Below, in pieces: positions 1 through 10,833 of a stretch of DNA of 64,000 nucleotides. Within the stretch, counting starts at the first letter, position 1. Each line of letters starts with the position of its first letter. Below the pieces are notes generated by a model. The model saw only the letters and a list, made by a program, of their open reading frames with translations. It did no database searches and was not told where the DNA came from. The DNA comes from Macrostomum hystrix (taxonomy: Eukaryota > Animalia > Platyhelminthes), in NCBI GenBank assembly GCA_950097015.1, contig CATNEN010000033.1:1-64000 (forward strand), read 5' to 3'. A program made the translations under genes and the position numbers.

Positions 1-6
1 GGAGTA

Positions 7-200
7 GCATGAATTATCGACGGAATAGCATAAATTATCGAAGATGAAGCATGATTATCGAAGGGAAGCATGAATTATCGAAGGGAACGCATGAATTATC
101 GAAGGGAAGCATGATTATCAAAAGGGAAAGTGTGAAATATCGAGGGGAAGAATAACTTAGCCGAGAGTAACTTAACTTAACTTAACTTAACTTAACTTAC
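7..200. repeat. About 20-bp repeat (gcatgaattatcgaagggaa) followed by (TAACT)n
   Basis: Tandem copies visible directly. Confidence 0.85.
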
Positions 201-297
201 CGGCCGTTAACTGCTTTCTACACTCCCGAGCGGCTTGATGCAGTCAGGCAACATGCTGTCAGCCTTCTGCGCGGCCGCTGGGACATTCTGCTGCCCT

Positions 298-525
298 ACG
301 TTTTCTAAATGTGTCCAACAGTTTTCTAAATTGTCCAACAGTTTTCTAAATGTGTCCAACGGTTTTTCTAAATGTGTACTCAACAGGTTTTCTAAATGGT
401 GTCCAACGGTTTTCTAAATGTGTCCAACAGTTTTCTAAATGTTCCAACGGTTTTCTAAATGTGTCCCAACGGTTTTTCTAAATGTGTCCAACAGTTTTTC
501 TAAATGTGTCCAACAGTTTTCTACA
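298..525. repeat. About 22-bp minisatellite (tttctaaatgtgtccaacagtt)
   Basis: About 10 tandem copies. Confidence 0.95.
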
Positions 526-539
526 TTGGTAGACGGGAC

Positions 540-1046
540 ATAGGGGACTTGGTTGTCTGCTGTGAGGGGACATTGGTTGTCTGCTGCTGAGGGGACATTG
601 GTTGTCTGATGCTGAGGGACATTGGTTGTCTGCTGCTGAGGGGACATGGTTTGTCTGCTGCTGAGGGGACATTGGTTGTCCTTGCTGCTGAGGGGACATT
701 GGCTGTCTGCTGCTGAGGGGACATTGGTTGTCTGCTGCTGAGGGGACATTGGCTGTCTGCTGCTGAGGGGGACATTGGCTGTCTGCTGCTGAGGGAACAT
801 TGGCTGTCTGCTGCTGAGGGGACATTGGCATGTCTGCGGCTGAGGGAACATTGGCTGTCTGCTGCTGAGGGGACATTGGTTGTCTGCTGCTGAGGGGACA
901 TTGGTTGTCTGCTGCTGAGGGGACATTGGCTGTCTGCTGCTGAGGGGACATTGGCTGTCTGCTGCTGAGGGAACATTGGCTGTCTGCTGCTGAGGGGACA
1001 TTGGCTGTCTGCTGCTGAGGGGACGTTGTTGTCTGCTGCTGAGGGG
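540..1046. repeat. About 25-bp minisatellite (gaggggacattggctgtctgctgct)
   Basis: Tandem copies; source of the three overlapping minus-strand repeat ORFs. Confidence 0.95.
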
Positions 1047-2883
1047 ATAGTAGTTCGCATGTACTGTAGTGGCATTAAGCTGAGTAGTATCGAAAGTAAG
1101 TTTATTTTGTAATTTTGCCCCAATGGGGCTCTTGGTGTACAGACCGAATGTCTCAGAATGTATTCGAGCTCAGACTAACCATTTTTATATTTAGTGAGAA
1201 TTCAAATTCTCGCTGAATCACAATCACGAATGTTCGCAATCAGGCAAATTCATACTGACGAAATGAGTTTTTCGTTTTTGTTTACTTTTAGGTGGGTTTT
1301 CCTTCTGCATTACACAAGATTTTTTTATCTCAACAGTAAGGGGGGCTAACCCCGTTGGGGCTTTGTGTGCTTGTAAAGAACACTAACAACTACACGGCAT
1401 TGGGGCCTTAGGCCTTCTTCGGGTCCTTAGCACTTCTTAGATGTCACAAAAAACTCAAAACGACAAACACTGCGCCCACACGCGCGCACTGAGCTTGATT
1501 GCTAACTTTTAAAAAATTGCGTACACATGTAGGGAGAGTGGGAGTGGCTGGGACAACAAATAATAGCGCTAGGGCGTACGAAGCGATTTTAAGAATGCCT
1601 CATACAAGAAAAGCGAGTTTGAATTTCCAACTTGAGTTCTGGACAGTCGACAACTGACTGCCTCAATCCCCACACGCAAAATAGGACTTCCCACGACCGC
1701 ATTGAAAAGTACTTAGTTTTTATTCCAAATGCACTATCATGCTATACAATGGTGCGATTAACTGACTATTCACAGATGCCGTTTTATAAAAAAAAGCTTA
1801 AAAAGCCGAGGTTACATAGTAAGTTAGTCCAAGTCAAGTACGTCCTAAAAAGGCTCTTGCAGGGACGCTTCTCAAATCCAAGCGTTGCGCCAACTAGCCG
1901 CCAGCGCGATCAGGCCTGGCGGTGGTGGCGCAGAATCCAACTGCGGCGGCCAAACAAAAACACCCCTAGCAACCGTTGCCAGGTGGGTGACGCGGAATTG
2001 GAAGCAGCCTCTCTATCGATGATTCTCCATTCTCTGCGGGTTTTTGTCAGCAAAAATGAAGAAAATATTCACCTGATGGATCAGAAGTTCTATTTGCTCA
2101 CCGATTCATTTTTTCAAGCAGCTTGGATTTTTTAACTTTGCTACCAGAGGCTTAACAGATTAAATGCGTGGGGAATTAAATACGTGGCCAAATCCTCACG
2201 CACAGCGGTGTGCGGTGCTCAAGGTAACCTATGTAGGGAGAAGCTCAGGAGTAGCTACCGTTTCTCTGGGCCAGCTGTTGCATGCACTGTGCATTCAGTG
2301 CGCACAAATTCATTGCAGTGTCGTGTGCTCAGGACACTTCACTCATTTGAGCCTAAATACACTTCTCTACATTGCTATTATCCCTATACACACCTTCGTG
2401 TCCAGTTCTATCTGATTTCATGCGTTGATCCCATGCACATTTTGTCCACGAACAGTTGGGGTCAATGTACGGATTGGCGCGAAATTACTACGATTTCGTC
2501 AATATGCATCGTAAATTTATAGTTGTAATTTCTGTCACATGGCGATGGATCTCTCCTATAAAGAACTATGCATGATTTTTGCCACAAAGGCGGAAATGGT
2601 AGCCATCAGACTCTGCATGACGGCTCAATATTGTGGTTCTGGTATGAATGAAAGTTATAGGTATCTAAAGACAGCGTGTTTGCAAAATGCCTTGCAAATC
2701 AACTGAAAGCACGAGTCAAAAGCGAATCGTCGCATGTAAATATTGCATGCGTGTGTGACGTTGTCACTTACTGCAAGAGCCCCTATGAAGTTTAAATTTA
2801 TGTGGTACTGAATTGGGCCGTTTTAACAAATGTAATTACGCTGTCACCAACTTTGCAAGTCCGTATATTTCTTAGCTTGTTAC

Positions 2884-3283
2884 TGTAAGTAAACGCCAAC
2901 GCACATCGCGCTATCCCTAAAACTTATCTCGCAGTTGTCAATTCTCTCAGCCAATGAGCGAGCGTGCGTGCTCCGTTTCTCTAGATTATCGATCGCCCTG
3001 TTTTTACCGCGGGCTAGCTTATTTAACTAGGCTCCCTGGGCCCGCCCGTGCCACAACCGGCCCACCCCTTTTGTCACTGCCTCTTGTCCCGGCCACTGTT
3101 ACTTTCACTGCAAACCTACTTAACCACTGTTCCGCCGAGTGTTCGTTCTGTCATTACCTATCTACTGTCATCCGCTGTCTTCTCTATTGCATCGTCATCA
3201 TTGAGCTCCTGCACCTGACTTTAATTATATTGCTTGTCGTGTGTCTCAGTGATAATAAATAAAGATAAAGTGCTACCGCTACA
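2884..3283 (+). mobile_element. Possible solo LTR
   Basis: About 400 bp bounded by TGTA...TACA, with an internal CCAAT, a TATA-like tatttaa, and aataaa shortly before the end. No target-site duplication found. Confidence 0.3.
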
Positions 3284-4361
3284 CTAGATTACGCGAACTC
3301 TGGACTCTAATTGGAATATTGAACTTCCGCCTGACTCTGTCTGCCGTTAATTTCGTCACACGTGCTTGGGATCGGCCCAACTGCTTCAAGGTGGCTGATT
3401 TTCAGCGCATTTTATATGCACATTTACTTGGTATAGTGTATCCTGTGGTTTCCTTTTATTGTACAGCTGTTAATGCTAGGCACACAGGAATGTTTTTCAT
3501 TTCTTATAAACCCAACAAATTTGTTATAGAGTTAAGTCGAACCAAAAAGATACTTTTTGATATCGGGTCATTGTCCAAGACTCGAACTCCAAGCTGAAAT
3601 AGATGTGGGTGTAACTTGTAAAACTTGTTACCGATAAAGGTTCAATGATGGAATTGTCAAATCAGTCAAGGATAGTCTTAATTTAATGCCATTCAGTACT
3701 ATTTTTTGTTTTATGATTGCCCAATATCTAGAGTGATTCAAATGGAGTCTAAAAACTATTTTTGTAAGATTTGGCGCTTTTATCAAAAAGTTTTTAAGCT
3801 TGCCTAACTTAAAATTGACCCAGTACTAGCCACAGAAACTCCACAGAATGCTGAATCGCCTATGCTGTGAGGGATGTGATGCTGAATATACCAATATTGA
3901 TAGGCTGCAGAGGGCTGAAACGAGGTAAAACGTCGAGAAGGGCGCGTAGCGAAAGCTAACTACAACTCCATAGCGGCTTCCTGTGAATTTTCTGTGGTGC
4001 TAACCTTTAACCTTTGCTTCTATTTCAAAATCGTGCCCATTTACGGCCCATAGACCAAGTAATGTACGGTAATTCTTTTTCGGAAAAAGGCCTCGACGCA
4101 TAGGAATGGCTTACTAAGGCAAAGTAAAGATATTGAACAATGACAGAAATACCAATGATCTGCTGGGCGAAAAATGGCGAATCCCCGGCCCCTGATTATC
4201 AAATTTACGCCCTTAAAGCATTGGGTATGCACGAGTGAGTGGATAAAAAATCGGCCTCCATTTTTTCTGATTTTTTAGAATTTTCCGTGTCCCGTAATTT
4301 TCAATCGACTACCTTGTAAGAAACTTTAAACAAAGTTCCTTCAGAAAAGTACAAATCTTGC

Positions 4362-4660
4362 GGGGTTGTAGCCTATAGTGGTTAGAGAGTTGGACTCTCG
4401 ACTTAAACGACTTCTATTCTTGACTTTGCAGTGGAACAATATGAGTCCTTTAGCAATACACGTAACTCTGCGTTGCTTCAGCTAAACCAGCTGTTGAATG
4501 GTGTACCAATATCAGCTGGGTGATTGAAGGTGTGTGTGGCGTCCCCACAGTCCATGGACTGAACAGTCATAAGTAGCCTTCCCTGATGCACCGCGCGACA
4601 GCTGCGTCGGTGCTGTCGGTTGCACATCTGGCCCAATTGGGGCAGGTGAATTCGATTTTT
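4362..4660 (+). mobile_element. tRNA-derived SINE family A, copy 1
   Basis: The head ggggttgtagcctatagtggttagag and the body (gcaatacacgtaactctgcgttgcttcagc...cagtccatggactgaacag...gcacatctggcccaat) align with 60363-60620. Confidence 0.8.
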
Positions 4661-7600
4661 ATTGAAGACCAACGAGAATTTAGTCACGAAGTACTCTAAG
4701 GCCTGAGGACCTCGTTATGTATATTGGTTAACAATTGGTGTGTGTCGGTGGGTGGGCTCAGTATAGCTCTTTAGAGTGGGACTCTTGAATTTTTTTAGAC
4801 AATGTTTTCCAAGTTCCAAGTTTCAATAACCGAGGGACCTGAGCGGGTCCGGTCCCGAAAGGGTGACAGACTGCAGCAGAGTGCAGTCACAACAACCACT
4901 TTCCCTCCTCGTTCTTGGTGGCGGGCCACATTGGAATGGGGATTCCCAAGAGTTCGCATCCTACCCTACCACTGTGACATGCCAACTGAAGAGGCATCTA
5001 GCATTACAACGGCCGGGCTGTACATTCTAGCGTTCTGCGGCCTCCAGACACGCGCCTTCTCGCCCGGTGCGAAATTTAGCGGCGGCAACCGCTTCGGTTC
5101 CGGCTTTCTATATGTATCGATGCTGCTAATTTCGGCTGCCCGCAGTGGAGTCGCTATCTTTCACCCGAGCATCAGTTTTGCCGAAAAAGGCAAGAGAACG
5201 CGTGGCAAGTTGCCCTGTAGGCCTCCGCTGTCAACTCTAAAGCCCATACAAAGTAAACCGCTGGATATCGCCGATGTCCTAGTCCGTAGTGATTTGGGTG
5301 AAGAGGTGAGAGATACCGGCAGAGGGACCTGAAGCGAGTCGGCAGAGTGCAGCCGCGACATACTTACAGAGTGCTGTCACAACAATCGATAGTAAATTTT
5401 ATTCCATTTAACTTAAAAGTATGTAAATTAACATATATGCATCCAAGCAGGCCACCCAAATGATGCCGTAAACAATACTCATTGATAGATTGACACCAAA
5501 GAATATAAAGGTTGCGTCTAAAAAGCGCGAATTTGGCGAAGTTACGGCGCATCCATTGTTGCGCAAACGGGGTCTCACATGCTGCCTACATATTGCTGTC
5601 AGCTGTTCGTTGTGGTGAGTTGATTTTTTCACTATTAAACTATTAGCGATACCGAAATTATAAGAAGCGATCGGCGAATTTAATTTATAATAAAGTAGGG
5701 TTGTGCTTATCCTGGAATCTTCAGCAGCAGTATATTCTTCATTGTGTTAGCTTTGGTACGAGCTATGTATCACGAATTTGTTAATATTTAAAAAACTTTT
5801 TAACATCTTCATAACAGTCGCGGCATGCGCGTGCGCAATCGTCACTCACCCTATAATCCTGCGCACACATAGGGAAGAAATGAGAACAGATATGTGGTTT
5901 CGTAAGTGCTTATTCAAAAGAAAAATTTATGTTTAGAAGATTCAAATACTTAAAAATTAATGTCAATTAGTCGTGGTCAGTATACCCTAGGCTTTTGTTT
6001 TTAATAATTTAAATTAATTCTTGTGTGCCATGTATATCCATGTATGGTCAGTATGGATTGTATGACATTACATTTATTTGGCATGTCGTGTCATGTCTAG
6101 ACCATTATCCTAGCCTTTAAAAAGCATAGAATGTACAGCATATCAAGAATAACACCAAACTTCTCGACATATTTGCAATGGTTAAAAATAGCTAATTGTT
6201 AGGCCTATTTTATACTTTGTATTTCAGTGTGTCTAGAGTCTGCTTTTTGTCAATTTTCACTGATTGCATCTGATATTTGACAATAGAAAATAATTTGTTT
6301 CTTTCTTTGAATCTAATACATTTGTTTTTTATAATAGTGTAAGGACAAAAATACACTAGTACAAACCATGGTAGGTGACCCCCTTTTTGTAGGATGACCT
6401 AAAATATTGCAAAGGGGAACCAGGTAAATTTTTCACCGAAACAGCCCTTGAACCCTATCTGCCACTTGTCCAAGATGATTCACCTTTGGTTACCCGCCTT
6501 TGGAAAATCCTAGTTGCACCATTGGATATAAATAGGCCTATGGAGAGGAGAAGGCTTTCACTGCCTTTGGTAGGGAAAAAAGCTCAAGTTTGAGTTTGAC
6601 TCACATGCAACGAAGAGTTTGGTTAGTTCCCTTATAAATTGAATATATAACCCTGGTTATATCAATAAAATTTTATGTGCCTATAAAATTTATACTTAGC
6701 TATTATAATTTCTAGCTTTTCAGTTAATTCTTACTTTTTATATTGTACTAGGCCTAGGGCTATTTTATAATATTTAATATCCCACTGATGCCACCAAAGT
6801 TGTGCTAGGGGTAATAAGATAATATAGGCCTATAAAAAATCCTACTGCTGTTACCAATCTTGTCCTAGTGCTAATTACTATACTAACTTTACTTTCAGAA
6901 AGTCTCAGAGAATGTTATATATATTAAATATATATTAAATAATTTCTTGGTAGGCCCTAGCATATTTTGTCTGGTAGCATATTTAGTTATTCTGAGTATG
7001 TATTCAGTTATTCTGAGTATCACATTTAGTTAGTCTAGGTAGCATGTTTAGTTATTCTGGCTGATTACTTTATTGTATATATTTATTTCTGAGAATAGGC
7101 TTTCCGAAGAGCATTACCAATGATCTCAAGTATACAGTAATACTTTCTATTTCTCTCTCTCTCTCTTGAATATTTCTTAGTATTCGTCTCTGTAGGCCCT
7201 GTGTTTTATAAAGAATGAAAGAACACAGTTCTGAGTATTGTATACAAACATTGTTTCAGACTGCATCAAACATTGTTAGTTTATCCCTCAATACCACTCC
7301 TGTATTTGTACTAAATTTGTATCATTTTGAACAAAATAATTATAGCACATTCAAACAAATTAACTTCGCATTAAAACAAACTATTTACAAATTTACACAA
7401 TTTACACATTAAAAATATATATACAAAGAAAAGTTGCAGATTTTCAATTTTACTATTACAGTCTACATCAATATTAAGTTAAAGAAGCCTATTTAGTTTT
7501 TATTTATAATTAGGGAGCCTTGAAAATAATATATTTAGGCCTAAAATGTTTATATAATTCCTTGAATATATATACAGTGCTTTAAACTCACTAGTATTTA

Positions 7601-8991
7601 GTAGCTATATTTGAATTGGTAAGTATGCCTTGGTTTAGTTTTTTTAATTAAAGTCTTAATTGTGTTTCCAGACTGGTATGAGAAACCATTTTAATTCTAT
7701 TAAAAAAATTGCCATTAAGCCTTAATTATTTTCTTAGCCAAATAATATTAATAATATGTATATATAATATTACGAGTATATATAATATTATAATATAATA
7801 TAATATAGCTGACTATATATATATATTTTTATATATAATAATAAATAATATAACATTAATTTCATTTAATGTTATATATGTTTACATGTTATATATTTTT
7901 ACAAACTTTTGACTCAGTTTGGCCTATCTATATTGGAGTAATTATACCAAAGTGCTTTGGTTTTATCATATTTATTGCAAGAGTAACACTATATTCATGG
8001 CCAAAAAATAAAACAAATGGTCTTTTTCTGGCTAACAAGCCTACCAATGGACTGTAAAAGTCTATTGATCTAGATATAAAATTTGTATCATGGAACCTGC
8101 TCTTGTTGCACTTATAAAATAGGCAATCCAAAGTAATATTAGGTAAAGCACACTTCATTCTATACAAAATTTGGGTTAAGCTATCTATCTATACAAAAAA
8201 GTTCCACAAACCTACATTTTTAAAGTCTCTCTTATCTTTCCTTAAAACCCCAGTTGTTTCTTACTTATCTTCTTGGCTTCCATCAGTCATATTGTTTTAC
8301 CAATTCCAAAAATATTTAGCAATCTGTCACTCATCCATAAAGTTTGTTATTGCAAATGACTGTTCACTAGTTAGTTGTCTCTGAAAGTGCAAAGTGGGCA
8401 AGTCAAGTGCAGCACAAACCCCGAAATGATAATTGATTTGCATTAATTAGAAAAACATTCTGGTAGCTGTGCCAGAGCTAACAGACAGAATCTAGAGTGA
8501 CACTGCATCCAAACATCCTTGAGTTGAGAGCTCTCTCCAGTTTTTCTTGCTCACACTCGAGATCACATAATTAATGTTCGATGTTGTATAGGTGCACATG
8601 TGCTGCATACACTGTCCACAGTAGTATTCCCAGTGCTAGCAGCAGTCAAGTGTTAACTTTTATTATTCCGGGTCACTCATCGGCCAGCTCTATTTACTAT
8701 CCAGACTGTCGGGCCTCTGTCATTGGCTCACTCTTAGGTGCCGGTTGTCCCTCCAGGGTATCGTTCCCCCACCCTCCAGGCATCCGATCTATCCTTTATT
8801 CCGAAAGTTCCTGCACTCCCCTTTACAAAGCTGGACAGGCCAGAGTTTCTGTTCAGCAACGCTGCTAAAAGATCAGCTTTCGCGAATCAGTCTAAGTACC
8901 CTGGAAACTATTTCAATGAAAATTGAACTCGAACTGTGAGCAAGACTTCACCGGGGCCTCCTTGCCAAGGCCCTGGCAGGGCAAGTTGGCT

Positions 8992-10833
8992 ATGCAGCAG
9001 CAGCAGCATCTGCATGCCTGCAGCAACTCGACTGGACGGCTGCAGCAGGCGAGTCAGCTGCTACTCCAACGAGTGGCTACCACCGATGCCGATCGGCAGC
9101 GCCTCGCTGAAGATGTTCAACGATGCCGCCGGGATCTGGTAGTCTCCGGGCTGCTGGCGCTGCCCACGCCCGCGCGTGGACTTTGCGGTTCCGTTGGCAC
9201 TAGTAAAAGGCAACAAGCAGCTGCCTGCAGCGGCGATAGAAGTCCAGGAAGAAATGGTGGCGGCGCCGTAGGACGCGGCTCGGTTGATCTGTCCCATTTC
9301 CGACCAGCTTACTGGGCCCGGCGTCGCTCAGGTCGTCCGGACGTGCGGCCGCTGCTGACGCACTCGGACGCTCAGGAGGCGGCCTCGGCGGCAAAATTTC
9401 CAGCCGCTCTGCGCCTGCTTGAATCCGCCGAGTCTCTGGCCGAACCGTCGGCTGTCCGCACCGCGCAGGCGCTCTTGCTGCGCTGCATTGGCGGCGGTCC
9501 GCTCTGCAGCGAGCTCTGCCTGCTGCTTATTCGCCAGACCACATGCGACTGGCAGTCTGCCGCCTGCGAGCGCGCCTTCCGCCTGCTCTGCGCCCTGTGT
9601 GCCGTGGCGGCTCCAGCCTCGCCTCCCGTCCTTGCCTACCTGCGCTGCCACCTGGACCGAGCGGCACTGGAGGGCCACACGGAGGCTGGCCGGTGCGCCC
9701 AGTTCTGCCTGCGCTGCCTCAATCGCTGCCTGCTGCCCGGCCGACCGCCTCGGCTTTGCCCGCCATCGGCGCCGGAGCTTCTGGCGCTTTATCGACGCGC
9801 CGCCGCGTCGGCGTCAGTTCAGCTGCCAGATGGGGATCAGCGCCGGTTGGATTATCACGCCCGCCTCACAGGCTCCGAGGCGCTGTCTGTTGTGCTGACT
9901 CGCATCCCCTTAGCCGCCTCCGCTGTGGGCTGGGCCTTGTATGAGCAGTTCGGCAGACTAGAGCGGCCCACCGGGCCCCAGGATTACATTGGCGATGTCC
10001 TTTTCCGCTGGGAGCGGCTCTGCCAACTGGCCGGACCAACTGGCATGGTTGGTCCCGTTCGCCTGGTATGCCGGAAGCGCCTGTTTGTGCCGCCCCTCAT
10101 TGGAGCCGGAGATCGCGCCGAGGCTGCTCTGCTGGCCCATCAGTGCCTCGGCGACGTCTATGACGGCCTGCTCCCGTTGGACGTCCGGCTGGCGGCTCAG
10201 CTGTGCGGCATTCGGGCCGTCCGTGAAGCTTCTTCACCTACGGCCGCTCTGCGCATCCTGCCCCTGGCCTGGCGTGATCGAGTCACGCCCCGGCGAGTGG
10301 CAGCCGCGGCAGCAACCGCCACAGCAGCCTGCTCCGCCGACGGCGCCAGCGACGCCGACCAACGGTACGCACTCGACCGGATGCTCATCGACGCCTGCTC
10401 GCGCTCCTGCAAGCCTTTGTTTGGCTGCGCGCAATTCGAAGTTCGCGTACTCGCCGCGTCCGGCACCTGCGCCGTTGGCATCGCTTCCGCGGCTGGAGCT
10501 GTCGGCGGCGACGATGCGCCGCAGATTCTGGCCGTCGGCGAGTCTGGTATTCACGTACTACCTGGCACAGATCCTGCCCAGCCTCCTTGCCTCTCCTATT
10601 CGCTGGATTGTGTCCTGGCATTCGGCACTGAGGGCCGCCGGCTACTGCGGCTGCGCCTTCGTCAAGCTGGCGATCTGGCGCTGCAGTGCCGCAGGGCCCT
10701 CCACGCAGCCAGGCTGATTCGTGACTACCTGCTGCACCTAAAACTGCTAGCACCTGCTGATGCCGCCGATGCCTCCCCCGCCGTTGCTGCCTCTTCCTCC
10801 GCTGCCACTGCCGCCTTTGAAACACAACTTTAA
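8992..10833 (+). CDS. MyTH4-FERM protein, PLEKHH1/2 / MAX-1-like, single coding exon
   Basis: 636-codon GC-rich ORF with first in-frame ATG at 8992, just after a possible acceptor (ccctggcag). The MyTH4-like segment (AQALLLRC...SELCLLLIRQTT...AFRLLCALC...VLAYLRCHLDR...EAGRCAQFCLRCLNR...PSAPEL) follows the PLEKHH pattern. A FERM-like region follows (VQLPDG...WALYE...DVLFRWE...LVCRKRLF...FGCAQF...LAVGESGI). C-terminus is ETQL. Confidence 0.8.
   Translation: MQQQQHLHACSNSTGRLQQASQLLLQRVATTDADRQRLAEDVQRCRRDLVVSGLLALPTPARGLCGSVGTSKRQQAAACSGDRSPGRNGGGAVGRGSVDLSHFRPAYWARRRSGRPDVRPLLTHSDAQEAASAAKFPAALRLLESAESLAEPSAVRTAQALLLRCIGGGPLCSELCLLLIRQTTCDWQSAACERAFRLLCALCAVAAPASPPVLAYLRCHLDRAALEGHTEAGRCAQFCLRCLNRCLLPGRPPRLCPPSAPELLALYRRAAASASVQLPDGDQRRLDYHARLTGSEALSVVLTRIPLAASAVGWALYEQFGRLERPTGPQDYIGDVLFRWERLCQLAGPTGMVGPVRLVCRKRLFVPPLIGAGDRAEAALLAHQCLGDVYDGLLPLDVRLAAQLCGIRAVREASSPTAALRILPLAWRDRVTPRRVAAAAATATAACSADGASDADQRYALDRMLIDACSRSCKPLFGCAQFEVRVLAASGTCAVGIASAAGAVGGDDAPQILAVGESGIHVLPGTDPAQPPCLSYSLDCVLAFGTEGRRLLRLRLRQAGDLALQCRRALHAARLIRDYLLHLKLLAPADAADASPAVAASSSAATAAFETQL

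Noticed and set aside
168-200. (TAACT)n as a telomeric repeat
   Set aside because: Short, internal, and not the TTAGGG/TTAGG type.
435-1123. Three overlapping Gln/Pro-rich minus-strand ORFs
   Set aside because: All are translations of the same 22-bp and 25-bp arrays.
4880-4950. HDV-like ribozyme words (cctcctcg...ggcgggccac...gaatgggg)
   Set aside because: No P3 stem can flank TCCTCG and the catalytic C in J4/2 is missing.
8290-8330. Walker-A-like GIGKT on the minus strand in the AT-rich island
   Set aside because: Lacks the first Gly, a stop follows immediately, and no other NTPase motifs are present.
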